From an uncultured Phycisphaerales bacterium (GTDB taxonomy: Bacteria > Planctomycetota > Phycisphaerae > Tepidisphaerales > Tepidisphaeraceae), in assembly GCA_963755915.1 (NCBI GenBank), contig CAVWLP010000002.1, positions 2,048,001-2,112,000 on the forward strand: 64,000 nt of DNA, in the 5' to 3' direction. Position numbers and translations under genes: made by a program. Of this stretch, positions 42,392 through 55,139 are shown piece after piece. The notes beneath the pieces are model-generated. The model was not told the DNA's origin and made no database searches. It was given only the letters and a program-made list of their open reading frames with translations. Numbering within the stretch: the stretch's first letter is position 1; every line of letters starts with the position of its first letter.

Positions 42392-43240
42392 CTAATGCGG
42401 AGCCATAACCGCGTCTTGCAAAGTTCCGCAAGGCCCTCCACCGCTCGCACCCTTGAAATAAACGAGCTCGCCTTCGAACGACATTGGTGACTCGTACCAT
42501 CGCGCAAGTTCCGTGGAGCTGCGCGGTATGTAATGGCAAATGAAGGAGCGGCGGAACCGCGTTTTGCTGCGGTTGGGATAACTGCCGTGAATGAGACTCC
42601 CGTTGAAGAACAGCACATCCCCCGCCTTGAGATTCGTCTGCGCTTCGCGCATTCCCGCCGGCACGGGGATATGTTCGCTTGTAAAGAACTGGGTGCTGTC
42701 GGCCTTTTCCGGACAGACAATATCCATCCGGCCCGTGCCCGGCACGATCACCATTCCGCCGTTTTCTTCGTCGGCATCGTCGATGGCGAACCACGCCGCC
42801 ATACACGTTTTCGGAGCGACGCGAAGATAAAAATTGTCCTGATGAAGAGCCTGCCCACGTGCCCCCGGAGGCTTGAAGTAGAACATACTTTGTACGGCAA
42901 CGGGTTCCTCGCCCAGCAGATCTCGCAGTATCGGAAACAAGCGGATGTCGAGCATGTATTTCAATGAGACAAGCCCAACCGGCAACTCGCGATGGCGATG
43001 CGGATGGAGCATTCGCGGGTAAAACCGAAGAGGATCGCTTTCGCTGTAGCCGATCTTGTCCCCGTTTTGTTTGATTTCCGAAAGTCCTGGCACCGGGCCG
43101 TCGACGTTGGCCGCCATGAACGTATCCCGGATCTCCGCCACTTCGCCTGGCGAAAACAGTCCCCGCGCAACGTGAAAGCCGTTTTCGTTCGCCGCGTTCA
43201 ATTCGTCGGCCGATAATCCTGTGTTTGTGGTCACAATCAT
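42392..43240 (-). CDS. phytanoyl-CoA dioxygenase (PhyH) family protein
   Basis: FKPPGARGQALHQDN, ENGGM..VPG, GDVLFF...IHGS.PNRS. Confidence 0.92.
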   Translation of the reverse strand: MIVTTNTGLSADELNAANENGFHVARGLFSPGEVAEIRDTFMAANVDGPVPGLSEIKQNGDKIGYSESDPLRFYPRMLHPHRHRELPVGLVSLKYMLDIRLFPILRDLLGEEPVAVQSMFYFKPPGARGQALHQDNFYLRVAPKTCMAAWFAIDDADEENGGMVIVPGTGRMDIVCPEKADSTQFFTSEHIPVPAGMREAQTNLKAGDVLFFNGSLIHGSYPNRSKTRFRRSFICHYIPRSSTELARWYESPMSFEGELVYFKGASGGGPCGTLQDAVMAPH

Positions 43241-43333
43241 GACGCTCCTAAGGTGAATATTTTGAGGGGAATATGACATTACCTGGGGAGCAATGCCATT
43301 GAATATGCAGTCAAATACCTATAATAATCTGCT

Positions 43334-44182
43334 ATGGTTCGGACTTCTCGGGAAACGCCATTTCGGCACACGGTGACTCTCGTGACGGGCCACTTCCGCC
43401 GCGGCGCAGGATACGCCGCGTTTCGATCCCGCGGAACCACCGATTGGCTGCTCATCTACACCATTACCGGCAAGGGGCGATTCGGTTATGGAGATGAGCA
43501 GGTAATCCGCGGAGAAATCTGCACGCAACCTGGTGATATCGTGCTATTGCGCCCGGGGACCTTGCATTCGTACGGCGTAGAAGCATCGCTTCGGCGATGG
43601 GAACTGGTATGGTCGCACTTTCATCCCAAACCGTCCTGGCATGATCTTCTCTGCTGGCCCGCGGCCGTCGTGGGCTGGCCGGGATTGATGCGTTTGCACC
43701 TCACGCGGTTTAGGGGCCTCGTGCATCGGCGATTCATGGAAGTAAATCGTCTCGCCAACGGTGCGCAGCGCCGACGCATCGAGCTTGCTCAGAACGCGCT
43801 TGAGGAAGTCCTGCTGTGGTGCGATGCTTCAAACCCAGGTGCGGGCTCGACCGATCCGCGCATCCAGACGGCAATGGATATGATCTGCGCCGATTTGCAA
43901 AGGCCGCTTACTGTGGGTGCGGCCGCGGAAGTCGCGGGCCTGTCGCTTTCGCGTTTCAGTCATCTGTTCAGCCGGACCGTTGGAATGCCACCGCAGCGAT
44001 GGATTGAACTTCAGCGCCTTAATCGCGCCCGTCAATTGCTCGGTTTGACAAACCTGTCGATCAAAGAAATCGCCGCAGAGGTGGGTTTCGACGATCCGTT
44101 TTACTTTTCGGCGCGATTCCGGCGACGGCTGGGTCGGAGTCCCAGGGCGTTCCGGGCCGCGCGCAATAGTATTTTCGCCTGA
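43334..44182 (+). CDS. AraC family regulator
   Basis: DWLLIYT..G.G, WSHF, VGFDDPFYFSARF...SPRAFR. Confidence 0.92.
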   Translation: MVRTSRETPFRHTVTLVTGHFRRGAGYAAFRSRGTTDWLLIYTITGKGRFGYGDEQVIRGEICTQPGDIVLLRPGTLHSYGVEASLRRWELVWSHFHPKPSWHDLLCWPAAVVGWPGLMRLHLTRFRGLVHRRFMEVNRLANGAQRRRIELAQNALEEVLLWCDASNPGAGSTDPRIQTAMDMICADLQRPLTVGAAAEVAGLSLSRFSHLFSRTVGMPPQRWIELQRLNRARQLLGLTNLSIKEIAAEVGFDDPFYFSARFRRRLGRSPRAFRAARNSIFA

Positions 44183-44296
44183 TTCGAACTGGATTTATGC
44201 TCCGCACAACCGTGGAAGTACAATTGGGAAGCGCGACGCCCAGAAGTTCCTGAATTTTCAACGGATTCGGCGCTGGAAAAACTGGATCAATATGCC

Positions 44297-46454
44297 ATGA
44301 CCCTCGAGCAGCAAATTCTTTCCGGACTTTCGCATCACCAGGCGGGACGATTATCGGAAGCCGAGAAGATCTATCGGCAGGCGTTGGAGCGGGAACCCAA
44401 TCACGCCGAGGCGTTGCATTTGCTCGGCATGGTCGCGGCGCAATCCGGACAACTGGAGGCGGCGGCAGAGTTAATCCAGCGGGCGATCGCCCAGTGCCCG
44501 GGCAATCCCGTCTATCACGGAAACCTCGGAAAAGTTCTGGAGGGAATGGGCCGGCTGAATGAGGCAATCGCGTCCTACAGGCAGGGCATAGCGTTGCGGT
44601 CCGACCTTGCCGAACTGCATAACAATCTCGGAAATGCGCTGACGATGATCGGTGATTACCAGGCAGCCGCCGCGGCTTGTGGGGAGGCGATCCGGCTAAG
44701 GCCAACCTTCGCTGGGGCGCATTATAACCTCGGAATCGCCCTGAAAAATATGGGACGAATTGACGAAGCCGTTTCGGCTTACCGACAGGCGATTCGGCTT
44801 CAACCTACTTACGCAGAGGCGTACAACAACCTGGGAAATGTGCTCAAGGAGAATGGACAATTGGAAGATGCCATCGCCTCTTACCGGCAGGCTATCCGGT
44901 TGAAACCTGCGCATGCGATCGCCCACAGCAACCTCGGTACGGCGCTGATGGATTTAGGATCGGTTACGGAGGCGGCCGAAGCGTTCCGGCAGGCAATTCG
45001 GATCGAGCCGGATTATTCGGCTGCGCATTTCAACCTCGGTGTTGCGCTCCAATTCGAAAAGCAAACTGGCGACGCGATCAAAGCATACCGCCAAGCCATT
45101 CGGTGCGACAAAGATTTCGCTACCGCCTATAACAATCTCGGTAACATGCTGGTGCGGTGTGGGCGGATCGTCGAGGCGATCGATTCGTATCGGGAGACGA
45201 TACGGATCAATCCCAAATTTATCGAGTCCCACAGCAACCTGATCTTCGCCTGCCATTATCATCCCGACTATGACGCCACAAGGATCGGCGAAGAACTTCG
45301 GTTCTGGAATCAGCGGCATGCCGAGCCGGTGAAGAAATTTATCCGGCCTCACAGCAATGACCGAAATCCCGATCGCCGATTGAGGATTGGGTACGTTTCG
45401 CCGGATTTTCGCGATAATGTGGTAGGACGGCTTTTGCTACCGCTGTTGCGCGAGCATAACCCTGAGGAGGTTGAGCTCTTCTGTTATTCCAATTCCAACA
45501 AAATGGATTCGCTGACTGAGCGACTTCGAAATCATTCCGATCATTGGCACGTTGTCGCCAGGCTTTCCGATGCTGACGCCGCCGATCTGATCCGGCGGGA
45601 TGAGATCGACATACTGGTGGACCTTGCGCTTCACACGTCCGGCAACCGGCTGAGAGTGTTTGCATACAAGCCGGCGCCAGTGCAAGTGAGTTATCTCGCG
45701 TATTGCTCCAGCACGGGTTTGGAGACGATGGATTATCGTTTCACCGATCCATATCTCGATCCACCTGGAATCGATGACAGCTATTACTCCGAACAATCGA
45801 TCTGCTTACCGGAGACATACTGGTGCTACCCCGCGCGCGGAAAGTCCGGAAGTGGCTCCGCCGCCATGCCTACGGGCGGGGGTTATTACGTTTGGTTGTC
45901 TGAACAATTTTGCGAAAGTTTCGCAGCCCGCGCTGGATTTGTTTGCCGAGATTCTGCAGAAAGTGGATCGGTCGCGGCTGATTCTCCACTGTTATCCCGG
46001 CGCGCACCTGGATGGGATTAGAGAGTGGTTCGAGCAGAACTGCATTTCCCGCGATCGGTTAGAGTTTGTGGGGGAAAGGCCGTGGTTTGAATACGCGCGA
46101 ACATACGAACGGATCGATATCGCGCTGGATCCATTTCCCTGGGCCGGCGGAATTACGACCTGTGATGCCCTTTGGATGGGAGTGCCGGTGGTGACCCTTG
46201 CGGGCAGGATGGCGGTGGGACGCGGTGGCGTAAGTATATTGTCCAACATCGGCCTCACCGATTTCATCGCGCCGGATGCGCGGCGATATCTTGAGATCGC
46301 TGTTGATTTAGCCGCGGATTTGCCGCGGCTGGCCGAGCTGCGCGGCTCGATGCGGGCTCGTATGCTCAAATCACCCTTGATGGACGCGCCGCGATTCGCT
46401 CGCAATGTCGAAGCCGCCTACCGGCAGATATGGCGAAACCACTGCGCGGGTTGA
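44297..46454 (+). CDS. TPR-containing O-GlcNAc transferase / SPINDLY family (GT41), apparent frameshift near 45835
   Basis: TPR array, RLRIGYVSPDF, DEIDILVDL..HT, KPAPVQ, FGCLNN..K, LDPFPW.G..TTCDALWMGVPV. Confidence 0.92.
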
Positions 46455-46458
46455 CAAA

Positions 46459-48824
46459 ATGAATCTTCAGCAGCAGTTGGCTTCGGGAATCTCGCACCAT
46501 GGCGCGGGCGCCTCGGCGAGGCCGAAAAAATATATCGACAAATCCTCACGCAGCAGCCGGACCACGCGGAGGCGCTGCATATGCTGGGCGTGCTCAAGGG
46601 ACAAACGGGACAATTCAAACATTCGGCGGAGCTGATTCGCCGAGCGATTGCTATTTGCAGCACAAATCCAGCGTATTACAGCAATCTAAGCATAGCGCTG
46701 CAAAGCATGGGACGAATCGAGGAGGCCATTTCATCTTATCGGGAGGCTATCCGGCTGAAGCCGGATTACGCCGAAGCACATAGCAATATTGGCAGCGCAT
46801 TGGCGGCGCTCGGGCGATTCGACGAAGCCATCGCTTCTTTCCATAGCGCAATCAAGTGCGGACCTGATCTTCCCGAGACCCGCAACAATCTCGGAAACGT
46901 GTTGGCCGCCACGGGCAGGATTGACGAAGCGATTGCCTGCTTTCGCCATGCGATCCGGCTCAAACCTCAGTACGGTGACGCACATTTTAATCTGGCCAAC
47001 TCATTGCTTTCCAAAGGTCAACTGGACGAGGCTGCAGTGGCATATCGAAGCGCGATTTCCTGCAATCCCCGTCATGCCGAAGCATACAGCAACCTCGCGA
47101 ATGTGTTGGCCGCCTCAGGCCAATTGGATCAAGCCATTGCGCTTTACAAGGACGCCATACGGCTTAAGCCCGATTTCGCCGATGCTCACTACAATCTCGC
47201 AAACGCACTGAATAACAAGGGGGGACTTGACGCAGCGATCCTGGCTTACCGTGCCGCAATTCGGATACAACCAAATTTGGCCGAAGCCCACGGAAACTTG
47301 GGCAATGTACTGAGAGATTTGAACCATCTCGATGAGGCGATTGATTGTTATCGCCGGGCGATTCAAATCAGGCCGCATTTCCCCGAGGCTTATTACAATC
47401 TGGGTCCGGCGCTACAGGACCGGGAGGAGCTTGACGAGGCAATAACCGCCTATCGAGAAGCGATCCGTCTGAAGCCTGATTACGCCGAGGTGTACAGCAA
47501 TCTGGGACGGGCGCTGCGAGGTATCGGGCAACTTGACGAGGCAATCACGTGTTTCCGCAAGGCCGTCCAAATCGACCTCAATCTCACTGTGGCCTACGAC
47601 AATCTGCTTTTCGCAATACAATTCCATCCCGCGTTCGATGCGGAAAAAATTCTTGAGGAAAACCAGCGGTGGGACCGTCAATACGCCGAACCTTTGGCAA
47701 AGACCATCCAGCCGCACGCGAATAGGCGCGATCCAAACAGGCGGCTGAGGATAGGCTATGTGTCGCCCGATTTTCGAGAGCACTGTCAATCCTTTTTCAC
47801 AATCCCGCTTCTATCGCATCACGATCGCCAAGCGTTTGAGATCGTCTGCTATTCGGATGTGAAGCGGGCCGGCGCACTGACGGAGCGCATCCGCGGATAT
47901 ACCGACCGCTGGCACTCGATCGTCGGAATGACCGATGCGGATGTGGCCGAGAAAATCCGTCAAGACGGCATCGATATTCTCGTGGATTTGACCATGCACA
48001 TGGCCGGCGGTCGGCTGCTAGTCTTCGCGCGAAACCGGCGCCGGTGCAATTGACGTGGTTGGCCTATCCGGGGACTACCGGCTTAACTGCGGTGGATTAT
48101 CGCTTGACCGATCCCTATCTCGATCCACCTGGGCTCACGGATCAATTTTATTCTGAAACTTCAGTGCGCCTTCCCGAAACCTTCTGGTGCTACGATCCGC
48201 TGATCGAGGACCTGACGGTCAGCCCATTGCCCGCGCTTGCGCGGACATATCACTTTCGGATGTTTGAATAACTTCTGCAAAGTCAATGAGCTGGCGCTTG
48301 GGCTTTGGGTGCGGATTCTCAGCAATATCCCCCAGTCACGCATGAAGATTCTGTGCCCCAAAAGAAAACATCGGCAATCATTTTTGGAGATGCTGCCGAA
48401 TCACGGAATTGATCCAAATCGCGTTGAACTCATCGATTTCCAGCCGCGGTTGAACTACATGCGACTCTATCAGGGGATAGATGTGGGGCTGGACACATTC
48501 CCATACAACGGCCACACGACAAGCCTCGATTCATTCTGGATGGGAGTTCCGGTCGTGACGCTGGTCGGACGGACGGTCGTGGGCCGTGCGGGAGTGTCGC
48601 AATTGACTAACCTGGGCATCCCCGAACTGATCGCCCATACACCAGAGCAATATGTTTTGATCGCCACCGACCTTGCCGGCGATCTCCCGCGCCTGGCCGA
48701 GCTTCGTCGAACACTACGCGCGCGGATGGAAGCCTCGCCGCTGATGAATGGGGAGCGTTTTGCACACAACGTCGAGGCGGTTTACCGGAAGATCTGGCGG
48801 ACTTGGTGCGAGCGGAGTGAGTAA
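46459..48824 (+). CDS. second TPR-containing GT41 protein, apparent frameshifts near 46500, 48030, 48240
   Basis: TPR array, RLRIGYVSPDFREH, WLAYPGTTG, LDTFPYNGHTTSLDSFWMGVPV. Confidence 0.92.
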
Positions 48825-48850
48825 TGCGCGACCCGGCGGTCGCCGGGTTC

Positions 48851-50878
48851 TTATGTTTCGCGAGCTGCAACGATAAAACTCTGCGGATCGCTGCCGGCAA
48901 TATTGGAATGGGGATCCGTTGGGGCCGGATTGCCCCGATTTTCGATGACGACGCCGTCATCGTTTGGATTGATTTTTTCGCTGCGCAGGCGTCGGAAGAA
49001 GATCGCCATGTCGCTGAATCCGCCAATGGTGAACCATACGGTGGTGAAAGCGGCGAAAATCAACGGCAAAATGATCCAGGCGATGAACCAATAATCCACC
49101 CAGGCGCCGCGCGACCAGGGATGGACAAAATAGATTGCCGAACCGATGACGAAGACGGTGAGCATCAGCATTCCCCAGCCGAAGATTCCGAACGTTGCCA
49201 GGCGATCAGTAAAAGTGAAATTCTCGTCGATTCCCATGATACGATATTTCCAGGGGACGGGGCGTCGCTCGAGTTTCTGCGGCGTAAGCGGACCTTCGGA
49301 TTCGACGGCGTACTTGCCACGATGCAGGAGACGATCCATGTCATGGGGCGTTCGGCAGGTGAGATAGGAAATGACGATGTAAGCGATCATCGAAAGGAGA
49401 CAGATATAAAACGCAATCTGCTGTCCATTCAGCGGGAATTCGTGTCCGAGCCAGTCTTGATAGTAGAGCCGAAGGCCCATGCCAATGAGCGTAAGGGTGG
49501 CCCCGAGGATCATGCTGACCCATGCGGCGCTGGCGGTTCCACGGGACCAGTATAATCCGCCGATGATGGCAGCGCCGGCGCCGCGCAGAATATGGCCTGA
49601 GTTACCGTCCACCAGATCGTCACGTATTCGGTCTGGGGAAAAATGCTGCCGAAGATAAAGGCGAAAACCGCCACGCCCACAATCGCGAGCCGTAAAAGCA
49701 TCAAATGGTGTTTCGTGGACAAGTGCCGGCGGCGCAAAGGGAGGATGACGTCCTGAACGAGAATGGAACCCCAGGAGTGCAGATGGATGCCGTCGCCGGC
49801 GATCATGCCCATCAGGCACACGGATGCCAGGGCGCCCCGGATACCGATGGGGGTGATGTGCAGGAGAACGACGGCGATCCGCATCTGGCTTGCCGTGTTG
49901 GGATTGGAAGTGCGGGCCAGCGCGTGGCGAACGACGTCGCTGCCTTGCGGCGTTCGAAGGTACATGAGTCCACAAACCCCGAGCAGGGAAAGCATGATTA
50001 GCGGGGCAAAGTTGCGCCAGCGGCCCAAAACAGAGCCCATTCGGACTTCATGGGGAGAGGAGCCCGAGGAATTGGAGGCGTGGCCATATTGCCACGCCAT
50101 TGTAGAATAAATGTACATGAACCAGCCCATGAACGCGAAGGAAAGATTGAAATCCTTGGTCGAGGACGAATCGAACGGATTGACGAGCGATTGCCCCGGC
50201 GGAGCATCGAGCAGTGCCGCTTTGGCCGCCTGCCAATGAAAGTATGTGAAGAGAAGCCCGACAGAAATAATCACGAACAAGAGCTGGCTGAACATGCCGG
50301 CGGCACAATCGGCGATCAAGGCGGTTATCTGTCCGCCGGCGGTCGTCATTACCACGCAAATTGTAAGGAACAGTCCCATCAGCAATTGATAGGTCGGGAT
50401 CGGCAGACCGAACAGATGGACCTGCTGAGGCAGTTCGCAGAAAAAGACCATGAATCGCGCGCCAATGGCGGGCGTGATTCCGAAATTGATGATGCCCGCC
50501 ACGAATGCTATCGCTCCCGCAAAGAGACGAAAGCGGCGGCTGTACCGAATTTCAAAAAACTGCGCGACGGTAAGCGCGCGTGTTTGGCGATAGCGATAGA
50601 GGACAAATCCGCTAATCGCGACGACGGAATAGACCACCCCCGCGAACTGCGCCCACCAGCTCAGGGTAAATCCCGAAGCGAAGAAAATCTGCAGGGTGGC
50701 AACGAAGACCACGGTGCCGGTACCTTGCTCGGCGCGAGGTCGAGATGAGATACCTGCCGGCGTGGCGGCCGCCGGCCATGAAATCGGCGACGCTGCGCAC
50801 GTATCGTCGCGTGTAGATTGCGATCCAGCCACAGATGAAGATTGGAAGCGTGAAGACCAGCCAGTCGATTAGCGTCAT
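48851..50878 (-). CDS. sodium:solute symporter family protein (apparent frameshifts near 50735 and 49585)
   Basis: MTLIDW...SVADFMAGGRHAGRYL, RALTVAQFFEIRYSR, many TM segments, GGLYWSRGT. Confidence 0.88.
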
Positions 50879-50975
50879 ACGCCTGGTCTCCAACGCTCCT
50901 GGGCCCGTTGCCCTCGGAACCGAAAATGCTTCGGTAGCTTGAGTATACCATGCAAAAAAATCCCAAAACGGCCGA

Positions 50976-51014
50976 TGCGCGAAACCTAATGGTAATTGCG
51001 CGAAATCGAATTGG
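50976..51014 (+). promoter_or_regulatory. direct-repeat operator site 1
   Basis: tgcgcgaaacctaatggtaattgcgcgaaatcgaattgg. Confidence 0.75.
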
Positions 51015-51091
51015 CCCATTTGGGGTTCCCACTATTTTGATTGGCTGGTGAAGTACCTCCAGATGATGGCCCCCGCAGAGAATGAGGTGCG

Positions 51092-52657
51092 ATGAAATCT
51101 ATTTGGCTGATGGTCGTGGCGCTGATGATTTTGGGTTTTGGCAGGAGTGTGCGCGCAGACGTGAAATTGCCGGCGATCATCGGCGACAACATGGTCCTGC
51201 AGCGAAGCGTCAGCGTGCCAATCTGGGGTTGGGCCAAATCCGGCGAGCATGTGCGCGTCCAATTCGATCAGCAGGTTGCGCAGGCTGTTGCCGGAGATGA
51301 CGGAGCATGGCATGTGTCGCTTGACTTGTCCAAGGAGCCTCGCGGTCCGCTGGATATGACCGTTGAGGGCGACAATACGCTGACGGTCAAGAACATATTG
51401 GTGGGCGAAGTCTGGATTTGCTCCGGTCAATCAAACATGGAGTTTGGAATTAAGGGCGCATTCAACGCGGCCCACGAAGTCGCCGACGCCAATCATCCCA
51501 ACATCCGCCTATTCAACGTAAAGCCGCATCTCTCGGATTCCATTGTCAATGATGTGACAGGCAAATGGGATGTTTGCACGCCGCGGTCCGTGGTCCTGGG
51601 GCGCTGGACAGGATTTTCGGCCGTTGGCTACTTCTTCGGCCGGGAGCTGAATCAGCACCTTGATGATACGCCCGTTGGAATGATCGACTGCTCCTGGGGC
51701 GGAACGGTTGCAGAGGCATGGATGAGCCGAGACGCTCTGGCGGCCAATCCAGCTCTCGCATCTCTGCTGGGGCGCTATGACACTGATGTGAAGAACTATC
51801 CGACCGCGATGCAGAAATATGAGCGGGACCTGGCGGACTGGCAGAAGGAGGCCGACGCGGACAACGCCGCCGGACGGCAACCGCGAATGCGCCCTGCTAA
51901 GCCTTACGAGCCGACCACGCAGCCGAATTATGGCGCCCGAATCTATGACGGCATGCTCGCCCCCATAATTCCTTATGCCATCGCCGGCGTCGTTTGGTAT
52001 CAGGGCGAGTCCGATACCTTCCACGCCTACCGATACCGAACGATTTTTCCCGCCCTCATTACCGACTGGCGCACGAAGTGGGGGCGCGGAGATTTCCCCT
52101 TCCTTTTCGTGCAGCTCGCCAATTACTACCTTCCCACCTCCGGGCCGGCAGATGACGCGTGCGCCGAGCTTCGCGAGGCACAGGCCATGACGCTTTCCGT
52201 CCCGAATACCGCCATGGCCGTCACGATCGACATCGGCGAAACACTCACCATACATCCCAGGGACAAGCAGGATGTTGGTTACCGCCTGGCTCTGGCGGCT
52301 TTGGCCACTGTTTACGGAAAAAACGTCGAGTACCAGGGGCCAACGTATTCGTCGATGTCGGTTGAAGGAAACAGCATCCGAGTGAAATTTGCCCACGCCC
52401 AGGGCCTGGTATTCAGGGACCACAAGCCCGTCAATTTCGCTATTGCGGGAAAAGATCGCAAATTTGTCTGGGCGGATGCCGTTATCGACAAAGACACGAT
52501 CGTCGTTCATAGCGATCGCATATCGGCGCCGGTCGCCGTGCGCTACGCCTGGGCGCAGAATCCTCCCAACGTATGCGACATGTACAACCAGGCTGGGCTC
52601 CCCATGGTGCCGTTCCGGACTGACGACTGGCCCGGGATCACTGAGGGCAAGGAGTAG
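51092..52657 (+). CDS. exported sialate O-acetylesterase (SASA/DUF303) family
   Basis: DNMVLQR, GEVWICSGQSNM, FSAVGYFFG, WYQGES, IHP.DK. Confidence 0.92.
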   Translation: MKSIWLMVVALMILGFGRSVRADVKLPAIIGDNMVLQRSVSVPIWGWAKSGEHVRVQFDQQVAQAVAGDDGAWHVSLDLSKEPRGPLDMTVEGDNTLTVKNILVGEVWICSGQSNMEFGIKGAFNAAHEVADANHPNIRLFNVKPHLSDSIVNDVTGKWDVCTPRSVVLGRWTGFSAVGYFFGRELNQHLDDTPVGMIDCSWGGTVAEAWMSRDALAANPALASLLGRYDTDVKNYPTAMQKYERDLADWQKEADADNAAGRQPRMRPAKPYEPTTQPNYGARIYDGMLAPIIPYAIAGVVWYQGESDTFHAYRYRTIFPALITDWRTKWGRGDFPFLFVQLANYYLPTSGPADDACAELREAQAMTLSVPNTAMAVTIDIGETLTIHPRDKQDVGYRLALAALATVYGKNVEYQGPTYSSMSVEGNSIRVKFAHAQGLVFRDHKPVNFAIAGKDRKFVWADAVIDKDTIVVHSDRISAPVAVRYAWAQNPPNVCDMYNQAGLPMVPFRTDDWPGITEGKE

Positions 52658-52698
52658 GACATCAAGCCGCCCCCGCTTCCGACCGCAAAGGAGTATGA

Positions 52699-53544
52699 AT
52701 GTTCAAGTGTCTGAACCCTTCGTTATTTGGAGTAAACGCAGGGCCGTTCGATACGGCGCGGATGGCTACTCGACATGGTTACGAAGGTATCGACGTGAAT
52801 TTCGCCGCCGCAAGCGAAGTGATCGCCGCCCGTGGGGGAGCGACAGCGCTGCGTGATACGCTGGAGGCGGCCGGGCTGTGGGCAGGGGCGGCGGGCCTGC
52901 TTCCAGGTACCATGAGCGCGACGGATCAGGAGTGGAACGCAGGGGTGAAATCACTCCCGGCGCTGGCCCGCATGGCCTGCGACTCGGGTTTCACTCGTTC
53001 CACAATTGTTGTGCTGCCCTTCGACGAAAAGCTGGACTTCAAGAAGAACTTCCGCTTCCATATCGATCACCTGGGGCAAGTGGCGCCGGTGCTGGCCGAT
53101 TATGGCATCCGCCTCGGGCTGGAATACGTTTCACCCGAAACGCGCCGCGCGGCACATCGGTTTGAATTCGTGCATGATCTCGCCGGGATGCTCGAATTGA
53201 TTGAAGCCGGCGGCCAGACAAATGTTGGCCTGCTGCTCGACAGCTTTCATTGGTACTGCGCCGGGGAGACACCCGCCGACATCGCGGAACTGCAAAATCG
53301 CCAGATTGTGGCTGTTCACGTGAATGACGCACCGCTGGGACGAACGCTTCGTGAGCAGAGTGCATTTGAACGGGAACTGCCCGGCGCCACGGGGCAGATC
53401 GATCTCAGTGGATTTCTTCGCGCCTTGGCCGATCTCGGCTACGACGGCCCTGTCACCTGCGAGCCGATGAATAAGGAACTGAACGCCAAACCTCCCGAGG
53501 AGGCGATTGCCGCGGTTAGTCAGGCATTCGAGAAGGTCTGGTAA
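52699..53544 (+). CDS. sugar phosphate isomerase/epimerase (xylose isomerase-like TIM barrel)
   Basis: LGLEY, LLLDSFHW, VHVND, LPGATGQID, YDGPVTCE. Confidence 0.88.
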   Translation: MFKCLNPSLFGVNAGPFDTARMATRHGYEGIDVNFAAASEVIAARGGATALRDTLEAAGLWAGAAGLLPGTMSATDQEWNAGVKSLPALARMACDSGFTRSTIVVLPFDEKLDFKKNFRFHIDHLGQVAPVLADYGIRLGLEYVSPETRRAAHRFEFVHDLAGMLELIEAGGQTNVGLLLDSFHWYCAGETPADIAELQNRQIVAVHVNDAPLGRTLREQSAFERELPGATGQIDLSGFLRALADLGYDGPVTCEPMNKELNAKPPEEAIAAVSQAFEKVW

Positions 53545-53599
53545 TGACTTCCTCCGCGCACGATGGCCTTACGTCTCCATGCCGCTGGCAAGACGGGGT

Positions 53600-55139
53600 T
53601 CAACGATAGCCCGGCAGAAATTCCTTTTCAGCTTCAAAAAGCTCGTTTGCCATCGCGCGAATTTCTCTGGGAGACAGAATCGCCGCCGTCAGGGGGTCCA
53701 GCATCATCGCGTGAATCGCCGCCTCCTTGCTCCGCTCGATGCATGCCGTTGCCGCCAAATCGAAATAGTTCATGTTCGTGCGGCAGATGGCCGCCATTTG
53801 CGATGGAAGCGCACCATACCGCGTTGGATGAATTCCATTGCGGTCAATCATGCAGGCCACTTCAACCGCACCGTCTCCTGGTAGGTTCGTGATGAGCTTG
53901 CCGCCCTCTCCGGAACCTCGGCGGCCGGGTTGCTCTGCATTATTCATGACGTTCCCGTGAATCCGCACCGGGGCGTCCTTTTCGATTGCTTCGATGATCC
54001 AGCTCGCATATTCCCAGCTGCGCTTGAGCTCCATGGTGGTTTCCCCGCTAAGGAGCTTCAGCCGATTTGAATCCGCATTCGCGCACCATTTGGGCCAGCA
54101 GGTCACGTAAAAACGGCTGCCCCCGTCATAACCCTGTCGCAGCAATTTTCTACCGGCGTCGTTCTTGCGATAGTAGGGCAGATATTCGCTGAGATGCCCG
54201 CTGCTTTCCGTTATGAACGCTCCAAATTGGATGCACATGTCCTTGCGCACCAGATCCGTGTGTGTCCAGGTCTTGTCCGGAAGTTCATCGCCCGGTGAAT
54301 TTGTCGCCCGTTTCATATGAAGCGGCGCCAGACCCGCGTCCGCCTCTTTGATGCCCAGCTCAATTTCCTCCTTGAATTTCTCGCAAAGAACCGTGGTGTA
54401 GAGATCCTGGCCACGATGGCGCAGCTTCGTGAACCACGAAAGGTGATTAATGCCGGCGCACTCCCATTCCATTTCCTCGTACGGTATGCCCGCATATTTT
54501 GCCAGGAGATGACTGGTCCCCTGAACGCTGTGGCAGAGCCCCACGATGGGAACCTCCGGAACCGCACGCCCCGCGGCAAGTATCAGCATGCTCATGGGGT
54601 TGGTGTAATTGAGCATGATAGCCTGCGGCGCCAGTTCGCGCAGACTTCGAAGTATGTCAAGAAATACCGGGATCGTGCGCATTCCCTTGAGCAATCCTCC
54701 GGGGCCGAGCGTGTCGCCGATGCACTGATCGATGCCGTATTTCAGCGGAATATCATTATCGAAATGCACGCAGGCCAGGCCCGATACCTCAACGCAGCAA
54801 ATGGCATAATCGGTGCCCGGAATCATTTCGCGGTGATCGGTGCCGGCGCGAACGGTCCATCCATTGGAGCGGCCGCTATCGCTGATCAATTCGGTGACGA
54901 CGTCGCGCATGGTGGAGAGTCGCTCCGGGTCGATATCGACAAGCCGAAATTCGCCGCGATCGGCGCCGGGCATCGCCAGCACGTCACGGCAAAGCGTCGG
55001 GCAGAACCCGGAACCTGCGCAAAAAAGTAATATGGATCGGTCTCGTGATCTTGCCCGAAAGGCCTTCCTGCGGCTTTACTTCGAGTGAGCGCATGATCTG
55101 GCCAATTTGCTGCTTAGCGCGTGTGGTTGCTGTTGACAT
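53600..55139 (-). CDS. glycoside hydrolase family 4, alpha-galactosidase-like (apparent frameshift near 55020)
   Basis: (G)AGS NAD motif across the shift, IPLKYGIDQCIGDTLGPGG, NYTNPM, GLCHS, GINH, TESSGHLSEY. Confidence 0.9.
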
